Assembly: GCA_964016885.1 (NCBI GenBank)
Contig: OZ024755.1
Location: 10,974,001 to 11,038,000, forward strand
DNA: 64,000 bases
Direction of reading: 5' to 3'
Source: Eledone cirrhosa
Lineage: Eukaryota
Part shown: one piece after another, positions 14,512 to 27,957 of the stretch
How positions within the stretch are numbered: position 1 is the stretch's first letter
Layout of the letters: every line of letters begins with the position of its first letter
Made by a program: the position numbers and the translations under genes
Notes under the pieces: generated by a model
The model's input: only the letters and a program-made list of their open reading frames with translations
Database searches by the model: none
What the model was told of the DNA's origin: nothing

Positions 14512-14979
14512 CATACATATACAGTACAAGATGGGAGGCGTGATATCTGTGCTGTGATTTCTCTGAGGAATGTATTCTTAATGCTATGTTGGCCAAACAC
14601 TTATTACTAGGCACAAGTAGATGTTAAAAAACCTGTGGGATACGAAACGAAGGGATATATAAGTTTGTTAAGACAGAATGGAATTGTGAAGTACAGAATT
14701 TGAGGAGAGCAAAGAGCATACGAATATAAACAACAACAACAGCAGCAAAAACAATAATAACCACATCAAATAAATGAACCAGAGAGATAAATACGCTGAT
14801 TTCTCCTTTTAACTCTTCCAAAAGCTGGACTTTAATGGCTTCTAAATCCTTATTGCATGTATTTAAACTTCACGTTTCTATTTAGGACTATAGCTTTTTA
14901 CTAATGAGTTTTAGAATTAATGAAACTTCATAAATCTATATTAGCCAGGTAAAAAAAATGCTGAAATGTAATTCGTGGT

Positions 14980-15710
14980 TGGGTGCGATTGATCCTCGTC
15001 ATTTAGCCGTCGACGTTGCCGTTTTGCCATCGCACAGATTGTGTTATTTGTAGTTAAATATGGACATTGTAAATCATCTTCTTTCCTTCGTATTCCCTAC
15101 TTTAAGGAATAAGCATCGGTTAATGATCCTTGATCATCTTAACGGATACTGGGAATATTTCATTTATTAACACGGCAAGAGCTTCGAAAGATTTTCGCAC
15201 CGTCCCTCTAAATTTTTATTTTAAACTGTTCTGGATGGTTATAGACGAAGAATCGTGCTTCTGAATGTTGATCCTTTTTATAACCGACCCACATTTTGGT
15301 TCTGTAAATATTATTCTCTTTTATGCGCCTTATGTAGCTTACATATGCCCCAGTGTTCACACTTCCAGAAGCTGATGCTAGGGACATTTTTGTTTCATGA
15401 AGTATTAAATATATTAATTGAACAATTATGCATAAATTTAGACTTCCCTTTCTGTCTTAAAACCTGTCATGTTTAATCCAGTACTTCCTTGAAAATTATC
15501 AAATATTGCAAGCAGCAACGATAAATGTAACCTCGAAATGACGATGGCAAAACGGGGACAGCGCAACGGTGACGTGGAAACGGTGAAACGGTGACGGTGG
15601 CGATGAAACGCTGACAGTGAAATGGTGGTGGCGAAATGGCGATGGTTACAGCGAAACGGTGACGGCGAAACAGTGTCGGTGAAACGGCGACGTCTATTTG
15701 TACCAATTCG
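14980..15710 (-). mobile_element. Decayed DNA transposon remnant with FLYWCH-like coding fragments (MULE-type) and subterminal repeats
   Basis: Minus-strand fragments QKGKSKFMHN (~15425-15455) and ISFWKCEHWGICK (~15338-15377); gaaacggtgacggc-type repeats at 15535-15695 with inverted relatives at ~15000-15030. Confidence 0.45.
15535..15695. repeat. GC-rich minisatellite (~14-bp gaaacggtgacggc units)
   Basis: About 10 degenerate units. Confidence 0.8.
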
Positions 15711-16102
15711 AAACTGTTCACTATCAATGTACATATTAAATATTTAGTCTGCCAAGTACTTAACTTTACTATCCAGCTGCCATTATGCACTCGTCGGGAA
15801 AGAATTTTTCGATTTCCTCGAGAGGAAATTCCAAGGAAAAGATTGGACGGGTTCAACACCTCTTAAATATTGGATAAAACATAAGACACTAGACTTTCCT
15901 TTTATATTCTAGCCATAGTTTCATAAATCTTTCTAAATGTGATTAGGATAACTTGATTTCTATTGTCTCTGTTGTCTTTTCCTACTCAACAGCTTATTTA
16001 TGTTGACCGTGTCTATGGCTGATACGTGGAGGAATACAAAATAGAGTAAACCTTCTCAGCCTCTCTTTCTCTTTCTTTCTATATCTATATCTATCTATCT
16101 TT

Positions 16103-16166
<64 letters not shown>

Positions 16167-16361
16167 ATATATGTGTGTGTGTGTGTGTTTGTGTGTATTT
16201 ATTTATATATATATGTATGGGTGTGTGTTGTGTGTTTACATTTCCCCACTATGTCTCCACATTTCCTAATTCCTTCGCTCTCTTCTCCCACTTTCTCTCC
16301 TTCGCTATCTATTCTTCTTTTTAAGTCTTCATCTCGTTCACTTTTTATGACTTGAATTATT

Positions 16362-16420
<59 letters not shown>

Positions 16421-16666
16421 CGACAATAATCATAAACCCCTTGTCGTTTTCCTGTTTTATAAGGTGTGTGTATTTACATACTTAATAAATAGTAATTAGA
16501 ACTTTGCGGAACTTTATCGTCTTAGTAACACACCATATAAAGATACAGGGAAAAAGAGAGGGAGGGACAAGGGACAGAGAGAGGAAGGGGTAGAACGACA
16601 GTGTCTTAGTAGTGTGTATGTTGTGTAGGAAGAAGGAGTAGAGCTAAATATATATGAACAGAGAAG

Positions 16667-16697
<31 letters not shown>

Positions 16698-16733
16698 GTA
16701 TATATATATGTGTGTGTGAATAATATATTATTC

Positions 16734-16841
<108 letters not shown>

Positions 16842-16933
16842 TATATATATATAAAATATTAAACAAATAATGAATAAACAATTCCTTATATTAAACAAAA
16901 AAAGTTCATTATTTAACTACATATATATCTACA

Positions 16934-16964
<31 letters not shown>

Positions 16965-16989
16965 TTATATATATATATATTTATATTTA

Positions 16990-17034
<45 letters not shown>

Positions 17035-17104
17035 ATTTATATTTATATTTATATATATATATATTTATATTTATATTTATATATAACTACATTATTTATC
17101 TACA

Positions 17105-17137
<33 letters not shown>

Positions 17138-17220
17138 ACATATATTTATATATACTTTAAGAATAAAGAAGACAAACACAGAAATGCTAAAACACAAATC
17201 CTTATTAGATTCATATACAC

Positions 17221-17342
<122 letters not shown>

Positions 17343-17767
17343 AGAGAGAGAGAGATAGATAGATATAACACTTAGGTGTAAACATAAGCACGTAACACTA
17401 AAGAGAGATTTTGCTTAGCGCCAGTGAAAGAGTCTGGCTAATCTTGAGTACTTTATCGAAAGCCTAAACACGTGTAGAAATGTAATTTACCTTTAAAACA
17501 CTGAAGGAATATAAAGGATTTCCATAATATATTTATCTATTGAGACATCAGCTCTGCTAGCTTAGAAAGTTGAACTAATAGAAAGATTGTTATTTAGAGA
17601 CTGGGTGACAAACATTGAACTTGACGTCAATAATACGAACAACACTCTGTTATTAGTTAAATATGAAAGAAGTGGGAAAATATTTATTTAATTACTCGTT
17701 TACACTTTTATTCTTTTATTCTTTTACTGGTTTCAGTCATTAGACTACGTCCATTATATAAATATAC

Positions 17768-17871
<104 letters not shown>

Positions 17872-18498
17872 GTCTCTCTCTCTCTGTATATATATATATA
17901 ATATATATATATATGCGTGTGTGTGTCATATATATATGAGAATTTTACAGAAGTGAAATAGACAATCAATTTGAAGATTTCTTTCTCTTATTCTCACTGA
18001 GTATTGAGGTATACATATTTAAATGAAATACATACAAAGTGGAGCAAGTCAGATGCTCCGGGTTGAACCTACTTCAGTGCAGGTGGACTTCTTAAATATT
18101 ACCAAAGCAATTCAACAAACAGTAGTAGGAAATACATAATGAAGACAGGGGAAAATGCTAAACGAATTGAAAAGATCACTTGCCAATAAAGCCATTGCCG
18201 ACATCATGTACAAACAAGTAAATGAAACTGTAATGAGCTTATATACATGTTCATCAATGTAAATTCGGGAAATTGTCTGCCATGTATATATTCTCTTCAT
18301 TCTCTTCACAGATGATGACTTAGCATGTACTAATTGTTGTTGTGGCACACAAAAAAGAATAGGGACGAGACTGAGAAATGATATAGAGAAACATAGAGCG
18401 GTATAGAAATATATAAAATTATAAAGAAGGTGACACCTAGAAAATGAAAGTAAATCCGTTTATATTTAGTAAAACAATCGAACAAAATATATAAAATA

Positions 18499-18576
<78 letters not shown>

Positions 18577-18953
18577 TATATAATATATATAGATATAAAT
18601 ATAGTTATATATAGGTTATATATGCATACATATATAGACCAAGATATACCTCCGGGCACAGATACATACATGCATGCATATATGTATGTGTGTGGTGTTG
18701 CATGCATGTAGGTAGATGTGTATGTATAAGATTAAATGAACAATGACCAGGAAATGAAAGTCAAACATACACACAGCAGTAGACAGTCAATTTGAGAGAA
18801 AAGAATCAAACATTTGGTAGTAACCTATCAAAACATATTATGGTACTACAGACAAAATGGTTGAAATGTTTAAAATAAACATGTCGACTTCTCTAAAACA
18901 ACGTATTCAAACAAATATTCTATCTTACAAATCGTGTTGTTCCACAGACAGAC

Positions 18954-19032
<79 letters not shown>

Positions 19033-19033
<1 letters not shown>

Positions 19034-19170
19034 TTCTTTATTTGCCACAAGGGCGCACAAGAAAAGGGGACAATACAAGGACACATGCCGGGAATTTTAC
19101 ATACAATCGTGTAAAAAAATGTTTTAAACAAACAAATTCAACAATCGAAATCCCTAATAGGGGAGGCGTT
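19033..19170 (-). mobile_element. 3' UTR-only copy of the Tx1/L1-like LINE next to (GATA)n
   Basis: tttctttatttgccacaagggcgc..gggacaa..aatccc.aataggggaggcg is similar to 13500-13667. Confidence 0.75.
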
Positions 19171-19339
19171 ACAAATGTGTTGTTTAATACCCCGTAGATA
19201 GAACAACCCTTAAGATAGATAGATAGATATCTTTCTTTATTTATTGCATCATTTACTGTTTATTTATTTGATAGATAGATAGGTAGGTAGGTAGGTAGGT
19301 AGGTAGTTAGACTGGCTTATAGATAGATAGATAGATAGA

Positions 19340-19478
19340 TTTCTTTATTTGCCACAAGGGCGCACAAGAAAAGGGGACAATACAAAGCCATATGGCGGGG
19401 ATTTTACATACAGTCGTCTAAAAAAAGTTTTAACATGAAAATATAACAATCGAAATCCCCAATAGAGGGGAGGCGTTA
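19340..19478 (-). mobile_element. 3' UTR-only copy of the Tx1/L1-like LINE between GATA repeats
   Basis: Near-copy of 19033-19170; agatagatag on both sides. Confidence 0.75.
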
Positions 19479-19621
19479 GATAGATAGTAAGACAGACTCC
19501 TAAAAAATTCCATCAGTTCACCCTGGGATTCACAAATATAAAATTTATATAGCTATATATATTAATATAAATATTAATATTATTTAGCATGTAGTTTATG
19601 TTAATATATATATATATATAT

Positions 19622-19794
19622 ATAGGAAAATGTTCACGACCCCGACGGCAGAGCTTAAGCCGTTTCGACGGCTATTTCTGGACTCCAGAAATAGCCGTCG
19701 GGGTCTTGAACATTTTCCTATTACCCACTCTACAACCCAAAGTATTGAGTACTCTGGTGCGTTATAGTCCATCTGGTTCCTTACCACACTTCCT

Positions 19795-19798
<4 letters not shown>
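19622..19798. mobile_element. Fold-back element family A in (TA)n
   Basis: Inverted arms centred at 19683 (tttctgga-c-tccagaaa); the left arm carries a hammerhead 3' half on the - strand (GAAA-CGGC..GCCG-TC-ggggtc); the right arm extends 80 bp further. Confidence 0.8.
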
Positions 19799-19849
<51 letters not shown>

Positions 19850-20804
19850 TTGTGGTGGAACGGTGTAAATATAAATAGATAGATAGATAGATTTATTAGC
19901 GCCTTCATCTTCTAAACGAAATTATGCTAGTGGCGGTTTTTTGGCGTATTTCTGTTGCAAGCATCAAGGGAATTATGTAATTAATGCGATCCTCATTAAA
20001 CACTGGCTAACACCAGTCTTTATTTCAAGTGTGCTCTATCTCTCTATGTTATATTGTTTCTATTCTGTCGTTACTAAAGCTTCCACAGATAATTGTCTTG
20101 CTTTCCTTTTGTTTCGTCTTTTGTGGAATTCTATATTGGGTGTTTGTTTTATCAACTGTTTTCTTCTTCTTAAATATAGTTTTGTTTCGTGTTCTATATT
20201 ATAATGTGTTGCAATAGCTTCTTGTTGTAAAAGCATAGCCAAGCGATAAGAATGTATTGTACGTGCTTGAATGTCGGCTGTATGTAATAGTTCCATTGAT
20301 GAAGTTTAATCTATCATCTTTTCATTAAAATGTGTACAGTATATCGGTTGACTGAAGTATGTTCGTCAGATCGAACCAAGAAAAAGTGTTCCCATTGGTC
20401 TTTCCAGTGCTGATACTAGTTGGCTATAAGAAGACTTGATTGGAAAAACCGAGATTTGACCTCATAGCACTCAGGGTCGAATCAAATACCGTAAAGCCCG
20501 TGCAACTCTTTAACAACTTCTATATTCCACTACTCCTGGAATGGTACCTTCTTATTTAACCCCGTCATGGGATTCGAATACATAACGTTGGTAAGTGGAA
20601 CAAATAACGACGTGTTTCGTCCGACGCTCTAGTGACTCTGGCAATTCGCTGCCGGAAACAAAGACGGCTCATGCAATTTGAAGATTTGAGACACAGACAA
20701 ACAAATCCATCCACCTATCTGTGTCTATCTATATATATATTTATCTATCTATCTGTCTGAATGTCTGGCATGATGGTTGGCTGTCTTTCTCGTAGGGTTT
20801 TGAA

Positions 20805-21122
20805 GACTCGTGACTTAGTGGGTTGTGTGTTCAGCTCACGATCGTAAGGTCATAATTTCGATTCCCAATTGTTCGTTGTGTCCTTCAGCAAGTCACTTTA
20901 TATTGCATGGCTCAAGTCCACCCTGCTGAAAAAGATTATTTGTGTCTGTAATTGAAATGGCCAGACTTGCCACACACTATGTCCCGCTAAATCTCCCTAG
21001 GAATTATGTTAACACTACACGTGTCTGTGGAATGATCATCCACGTGTTTTTTTTTCTTTCATGAGCCCTCTGTTCCATTGATCAAACAACTGAAACACTC
21101 GTCATCGAAACCGACGGAGCCG
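20805..21122 (+). mobile_element. SINE family 2 (tRNA-like head), degenerate near-full copy
   Basis: A/B-box-like gtgacttagtgg..ttcgattcc, core gtgtccttcagcaagtcacttta; body matches minus-strand pieces at ~6280-6420, 24530-24620 and 31629-31800, and heads at ~51247, ~61620 and ~62390. Confidence 0.65.
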
Positions 21123-21446
21123 CCTCTCCACATACACACACTCACATAATAGCATGTGTATGTGTGCACGCGTGTGTGTGTGTGGTTAGGTGCAAATATT
21201 GTTGAAATAATATGAAAATCTTTCAGATAATCATATATATGGACTGGCTTTTTTAATCTTTATCGTCTGAACTCGATGCTCCCAATTACAGTCTAATGTT
21301 TATTTAGATAACATCCTCATTTAAATCACTATCGATTATATATATATAAATATATATATAAGTGTATGTGTGTGTGGTATGTGTATTATACGTGAATGCA
21401 TATATATGTGATATCTGTTTTGTGTTTACACACACACACACACACA

Positions 21447-21544
<98 letters not shown>

Positions 21545-21738
21545 TACATATATATATATATGATGCATACCAGATGTTTTTTCTATATCACAATCTGTAA
21601 TTACCTCAGATATATTTATTTGAATGTTCAACATAAAATACCATATGTACATACACATATATACAAAATATATATTTATATATATGTGTGTCAGTATGTA
21701 TTTATATGTAAGTATATATATACATACACACACATAAA

Positions 21739-21779
<41 letters not shown>

Positions 21780-23749
21780 CTTTGATTTTTGTTTATTTGC
21801 TAGTAGAAAAGCAGTAACCCACAACCTTGTTTGATATAAGTTTGTGTGAGTTGCAAATGCGTAGAATTTGATATTAATCCAGTAAGTTTTCAGAAACAAC
21901 TCACAGGAGAAAAGTCGCAATCACATTTTATTTAAATACCATAAGAAATAGTTAATTTAATTTAAAAGGAAGAATATAAGAAAAATACTGGAATCATTTA
22001 ATTTCCGGTTTTGAACCTTTTTTTTCTAGGAAAAACTAGCTTATTTTTTATGGGATTTTTTTCCCTGTGATTTCATTTCCGTTTACCTCCGACATAAGTT
22101 TATTTTTGTCGATGGTAAAAATGTATTTCAATCAGAATCATGGTTTCTTTTAATTGGCCTTTCAGTGAAGTGAGAAAAAATACCTGTAACTGTGTAAACT
22201 GTGAAAATCGAAACCATTGCGTTTTCAAGTAATCACATGAAAGCTGAAGTCAACTATCAAGTTGTGAACGACAACAACCTGAGACAGCAACAGTCAAGAA
22301 GAAGAAGAACAAGATGATTTGTCAAGTATTATGAGCGTCTTCTTCGAGAGTTTTGAAAAAGAAATCTAGTTATGTGTTGGGGGTGCGTTAACTCTGCAAC
22401 GAACTGGCTTAACGGCAATGAAACCATGATAGGCTTTGATCTGAAGAACCTCTGGGCTTGCTATAGACTTAAAATTGTTTTTTTTACTAAGTTTTACTTC
22501 GAAATGAGTTGATATGGCAAATATTGTGACATTCCATTTTAAGGCAGAAGTCGCAGCATTTACATTTGTTCCTAAACGGTTCTGCATTATCTAAATATTA
22601 TAAAAATAATACATAAAGGATATTCGTTATTAATAGTGTCTGTTAAGGTATATAGGCTGAAGTAATCGTTTCAAATTTTCAACGTATACACTTGGGATAA
22701 TATATGGTGTTTGATCTACACATATTAGTTCAAATTTATGATGTTAGCGCTAAAGATTTTAATGTGGCACGTGCATACTAAATGAGCTAAATACCTGGTG
22801 TAAAATGAAATGCTTTGATGAATATTTACAACTTTAAATAATCTCATTTTTTCTTGTTAAGTAGGTTTCTATTGTTTGATAATTTCCATACATTCGGTCA
22901 TACATAAGCCAGTCTCGCCATATGAATAAGCTCGTCTAATTATTGAATTATTATATGTGATTTTTCCGTAGTTTCCAAAATTATCCCCACAAATGAAGTT
23001 TGAAATTTTTTGTTTTGTATTAATGAATGTGGTTAGACTTCTGGTGTTCTTGGCCTCAGGACCACCTCCCTACTCACCGCGAGTGTCAGTCACGCGAGCT
23101 GGAATAGCTCTTCTAATGGATCTCCTTGACCCTCCTTCAGAGAAACGCTTTCTCTCTTCTGTCTGCCGGGGCCGCGGGGTGACCAGCACAAGGGTCCCTG
23201 TTTGTTTATAATAGCCAGAGATGCGAAGAGCGAGATGGGCGGAAACAGTGACAGTGGGAGTTTGGTTCCATTGTGCTCGGACCTGGTGTATATGAATATA
23301 TTTATTTACCACACCACATTAATACTTCACAGGCACTTCAGTTTAACTACTAAACGATATAGGATTTAAAGCAACGTTGAGCTTGGCGTGATTTGATCTC
23401 AGAACACAGAGATCCAGAACGAATATCGCAAAATATTCTATCCGACCTTCTAACTGCTTTGCCAATTTGCTGTATCCGTGTACGTGTGAGCCCATGTGAA
23501 TATGTGTTTGCATATATATGTTTCTGCCTGTTTGTATATGTATTTGTATGTGTATGTATGTGTGAGAATGTATGTGTGTTTATTTGTATAAGTCTTTAAG
23601 TGGCTGGATGCGATAAACAGCTCTTTGCTTCAGTGAACAATCCTTTTAGTCACGATTGATTTTATGTGTTTATTTCCTAGTTTTATGTTATGGAACCACA
23701 AGATGTTTGTATTCTATTCAGCCTTCCATAGCAGTGTCACCTCTCACAC

Positions 23750-23870
<121 letters not shown>

Positions 23871-24079
23871 GCTCCTATGTATGTATATATGCATGTATGT
23901 GTATTTATTTGCCAGTTTTGTGATGTAGAACCACAAATTGTTTGTTCTGTTCAAGCTTCCATAGCATTGATACAGTTACATACAGTCCTGCTTTGCAGCT
24001 AAAAACACACCAGAAAAACAAATGTCTACACACATATTCACACGCGCACACATTAAGTCTGTGATTTTTTGTGTATTTG

Positions 24080-24112
<33 letters not shown>

Positions 24113-24125
24113 ATGTATGTATATA

Positions 24126-24198
24126 CAGGGTGTCCCAGAAAAGGTATGCATACTTCAACAGCATTCTAATGAATACGTGTATACATTTTTGGGACACC

Positions 24199-24201
<3 letters not shown>
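24126..24201. mobile_element. 76-bp Tc1/mariner-type MITE
   Basis: TA-CAGGGTGTCCCA...TGGGACACCCTG-TA terminal inverted repeats with TA duplication; a related half copy at 45191-45280. Confidence 0.88.
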
Positions 24202-24253
<52 letters not shown>

Positions 24254-24281
24254 TATATATATATATATATATTAACGTGTG

Positions 24282-24313
<32 letters not shown>

Positions 24314-24491
24314 TGTATGTATGTATGTATGTATGCATGTATATATGTGTGTCTGTATACATGTATATATGTGTGTCTGTATGCATGTATGCATGCATAG
24401 ATGTGTGTTTGGAATCGGAAACACCAATGTAGACTTAAACATTGATAAAAACAAATAGATAAAAAACATTGATAAAAAACATTGATAAAAA

Positions 24492-24526
<35 letters not shown>

Positions 24527-24770
24527 TACGACGTTAAATATTCCCTAGACACGTGTACCCTTAACATAATTCTTGGGAGTATCCACATGATACAATGTGT
24601 GACAAGTCTACCCCTTTAAATTAAATGTCCATTTTAGCGGCAGGCTTCGAAATAGTTTCAGCCCACCCAATTTTACTCACGGGGCTTAGGTCAATCTACG
24701 GCTATGATTAAAAGAAAAAAAAACACTTAGCTAAGCTACCTACAATGGAGTGGAACAGAGCCAGGTTCAT

Positions 24771-24818
<48 letters not shown>

Positions 24819-25758
24819 AAACTTATGTTGTTTCTTCGATTAACTCTTCACCAATGACTATTAGAAGTTCAATACATTCGTGTGACTTATGCTTTGAGAA
24901 ATGCATTACCATTAGCTAGTTTAATTTCTTTTCTATATAAATAATATGGCCATAAGACTAACATAACATAAGCCTAGACCAATAGATAAATCATTAGATG
25001 TAGGCGAAAAGGTGTTTTTTTATATTTGGTGTGGTGGGGCATCGTATGTTTTATCTGTCAGACTAGGATTTCTAACAAGCATAAATTTAGATCTTATTTC
25101 AACACATTACGATACGTTAAATGAGAAATCGGCGTATTTATTTATTGGTCTACATTTATTTGCTATTAGTGTTATCAGGGCTGGTGCTTCCATTGAGGCC
25201 AATTAGTCAGCCGCCAAGAACGCAGACTTTAGAGAGTTGCATTACTGTGAACCTTAAAGAATCGCCATTTCATTCATACTTGTATAATAAACTTAAATAT
25301 ACATTATAATAATTTTCAGCGATCAATAAATAATTCGGTAAACGTCTCTCCCGCGTATCAATGCTGTGGATATATCCAAAACAGTTGAAAGGGTCATGTG
25401 GCTTTATTTGGCGTGGATGAGTGTGGACTGTGTAGTGGAAAACGAAGGCTTAGAAATGTTCTTAAAGTGGTAAGAATAAGAAGTGTCTAAAAACCTAAAT
25501 ATGTCAACTTTCCCAAATAGTATATTGAGATTATTTTATTTGGGAATTGGGGTGCATAACTGAGAGAATGGCATACACATTGTAGAACTAGCCTAGAGCA
25601 CTAAATGCCTGGTCGCTGTTCCAGATTGCTGTTGTTGTTGGTTGTTGTTGTTGCTTGTTTCTTTTTTTGGGGGGTGGGTGCTTAGACGAGATTCTGTACT
25701 TCTCTAATTCCATTCTGTTTTAACTAACTTATATATCCCTTCTTTTCTAATTCCACAG

Positions 25759-25849
25759 GTTTCTCACAGTCTTCTCGTGCCTAGTAATGAGTGTCTTGGC
25801 AACCATAGAAGGGTATGAAGATATCATGCGACTAGCCTTGTTTTACGTG
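25759..25849 (+). CDS. KCNQ: KCNQ (Kv7) voltage-gated K+ channel, internal exon (S1 and S1-S2 loop)
   Basis: Polypyrimidine tract + CACAG acceptor, GTG|GTAAGT donor. 91 nt = 1 nt + 30 codons FLTVFSCLVMSVLATIEGYEDIMRLALFYV, resembling vertebrate KCNQ exon 2 (FLLVFSCLVLSVFSTI..Y), which from recall is also 91 nt with the same phases. Splices in frame to the next exon. Confidence 0.93.
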
Positions 25850-26060
25850 GTAAGTACAGATTCCTTCTTGTATCAAGCGACTAGTCTTGTTTTATGGCGA
25901 AATTAAAATGCGACTAGCTTTTGTTTTACGTTATATATTAAATGGGATTTACTTTGTTTTACGTGGTAAATACAATGTGATCAGCCATATTTTTGGGGGT
26001 AAATACAATGTGACCAGCCATGTTTTACGTGGTAAATACAATGATACCAGACATTTTTTA
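25826..26060 (+). repeat. ~33-bp minisatellite derived from the KCNQ exon end and 5' splice site
   Basis: Unit atgcgactagccttgttttacgtggtaagtaca is reiterated about 6 times in degenerate form in the intron; donor-like GT at 25966, 25999 and 26032. Confidence 0.85.
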
Positions 26061-26484
26061 GAGTCCTACATGAATTCTACACCTTACAATTTAGAAATAA
26101 AAACAAGAAAGAGACAATGAAAAAAGAAAAAGTGAATGAAAAAAAAGCATGAATTAAAAAAAGCTGAAAAACAAAAACAACTATGAAACAGCTAAAAGTT
26201 TCTGTTGTTGAATCTTTTCGTAGCCTCCATATACTGGAAGATGTTGTTTATGTGTTACAATTTCTAATCTTATTTTCTGGCATCGTACATATATATCTTT
26301 AGACAGCTTGTTTGTCAAAAAATAAAAAAAAATAAAACATCGTCAGGAAATTACTGGTGTGTTTCCTTCATTAGATAATATATATTTTACGTCATCCACC
26401 GCTGTCTTTCTTTCATTAGAAAATGAAAATCTATCTGTTGCTATATCTACTCAAACAGCAAGAGCTGCCTGCCTATAACACATA

Positions 26485-26585
<101 letters not shown>

Positions 26586-27355
26586 ATCAGTGTTAGTTGA
26601 TCTGTCTCTCTTCCTTTTCTTGAATATATATATAGGTACATATATATATGTACCTATATGCAAACTGCATACCCTTGGTTGGACGTTGGCTGCACCCACG
26701 GGCTAGATGGCGAAACATTGCCGCAAAGAGCAGCCAACGATACCTTCTACATTAGCCATTCTACCTGGCAGGGCTCCTTCCCCAGTCGAATAAATTATTG
26801 ATCCAATTTTTCTTCATTGGTTACCAATCAATAGTAACCAGTCAAGCAACAGTGCCTGACCAGAGGTTGGTTTGGGGTGTTAATCATGGCACTCTATGAG
26901 GAGAGGGTTTGGGTTGACTAGCGTTTAGTATTCGATAGCGTTTAGTATTCGATAGGTGTGTGGAATGGAGAAGGTGTGATTAGATTTTGGCAACCATTAA
27001 GTTTAGTGTTTTATAGCATCTGTTTTATTTTTTCGTTATTGGATTATTATTGTTTTATTTTATTTATAATTTATATTTAGAATTTTACAATTTATTTTAT
27101 TTCATTTTTTATTTTTTTATTATTTATTATCTTCTTTTTTATTTTTTTTCTATTTTGTATGCTATAACTGGGTTTGGTATAAATTAGAGAAGTACTTGAC
27201 TTAATAGATAGATCTAGTGTTTGGCGGTGTAGTGTGAGATTGAAATTGTGTTTCTAGGGGATCTTTGCTTTAATGTATTTTGTTGTGGTGTATCAGATGA
27301 CGGATTTGTGTTGAGGGAGGTATTGATGGGTAAAGCCATTACTTTTGTGAGCCTG

Positions 27356-27402
<47 letters not shown>

Positions 27403-27615
27403 GGTAACAAGTTATAGTTATAGGTAATCCAGTTAGAGGTTGTAAGTACTCTGCGTCGCGGATAGTTTTAACGTACGGCTTTGTTTAACTCAACAAGATG
27501 TTTCCATAGTTAGGTAGCGAGTTCGCGGTAATTCCTATGTAGGTTATACTTGGAGTAATAATAGAGAAAGAATGAAGAGTAACATGGTTGGTTGTACAAC
27601 AAGGGGCTTTATTTC

Positions 27616-27730
27616 AGGTATTGACAATTGTTTCATTGATCAGGTGAGTCTAGAGGCCGCTAATCGCTCGAAGTTGCGTCACTCGATCTCCATTACATTA
27701 TTTACCTCTGACCAACTCTTCAGAATACCT
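27616..27730 (-). ncRNA. Type I hammerhead ribozyme (complete, extended helix II)
   Basis: Minus strand: aggtatt-CTGAAGA-gttggtcag[..]ctgatcaat-GAAA-CAATTG-TC-aatacct; 7-bp helix I, palindromic helix III, GUC site. Confidence 0.85.
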
Positions 27731-27735
27731 TAGAA

Positions 27736-27847
27736 TATTCTGAGGAGTTGGTCAGAGGTAAATAATGTAATGGAGATCGAGTGACACAACTTCGAGCGAT
27801 TAGCGGCCTCTAGACTCACCTGATCAATGAAACAATTGTCAATACCT
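27736..27847 (+). ncRNA. Type I hammerhead ribozyme (helix I shortened by the inversion junction)
   Basis: tatt-CTGAGGA(27740-46)-gttggtcag..ctgatcaat-GAAA(27829-32)-CAATTG-TC(27840)-aata. Confidence 0.75.
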
Positions 27848-27899
27848 GAAATAAAGCCCCTTGTTGTACAACCAACCATGTTACTCTTCATTCTTTCAC

Positions 27900-27957
<58 letters not shown>

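Larger units (their letters stand above)
27400..27902. mobile_element. Fold-back Penelope-like element family B in (TA)n
   Basis: ~165-bp near-perfect inverted arms 27561-27728 / 27736-27902; left arm extends to 27400; TA tracts on both sides; AATAAA downstream of the ribozyme in each arm. Confidence 0.88.

Noticed and set aside
25150-25400. RT-like fragments (RPIS, AVDISKTVERV)
   Set aside because: Too short and degenerate to call without a profile search.
25826-26060. Regular ~33-bp repeats as a CRISPR array
   Set aside because: Eukaryotic intron, tandem units without unique spacers, no cas genes.
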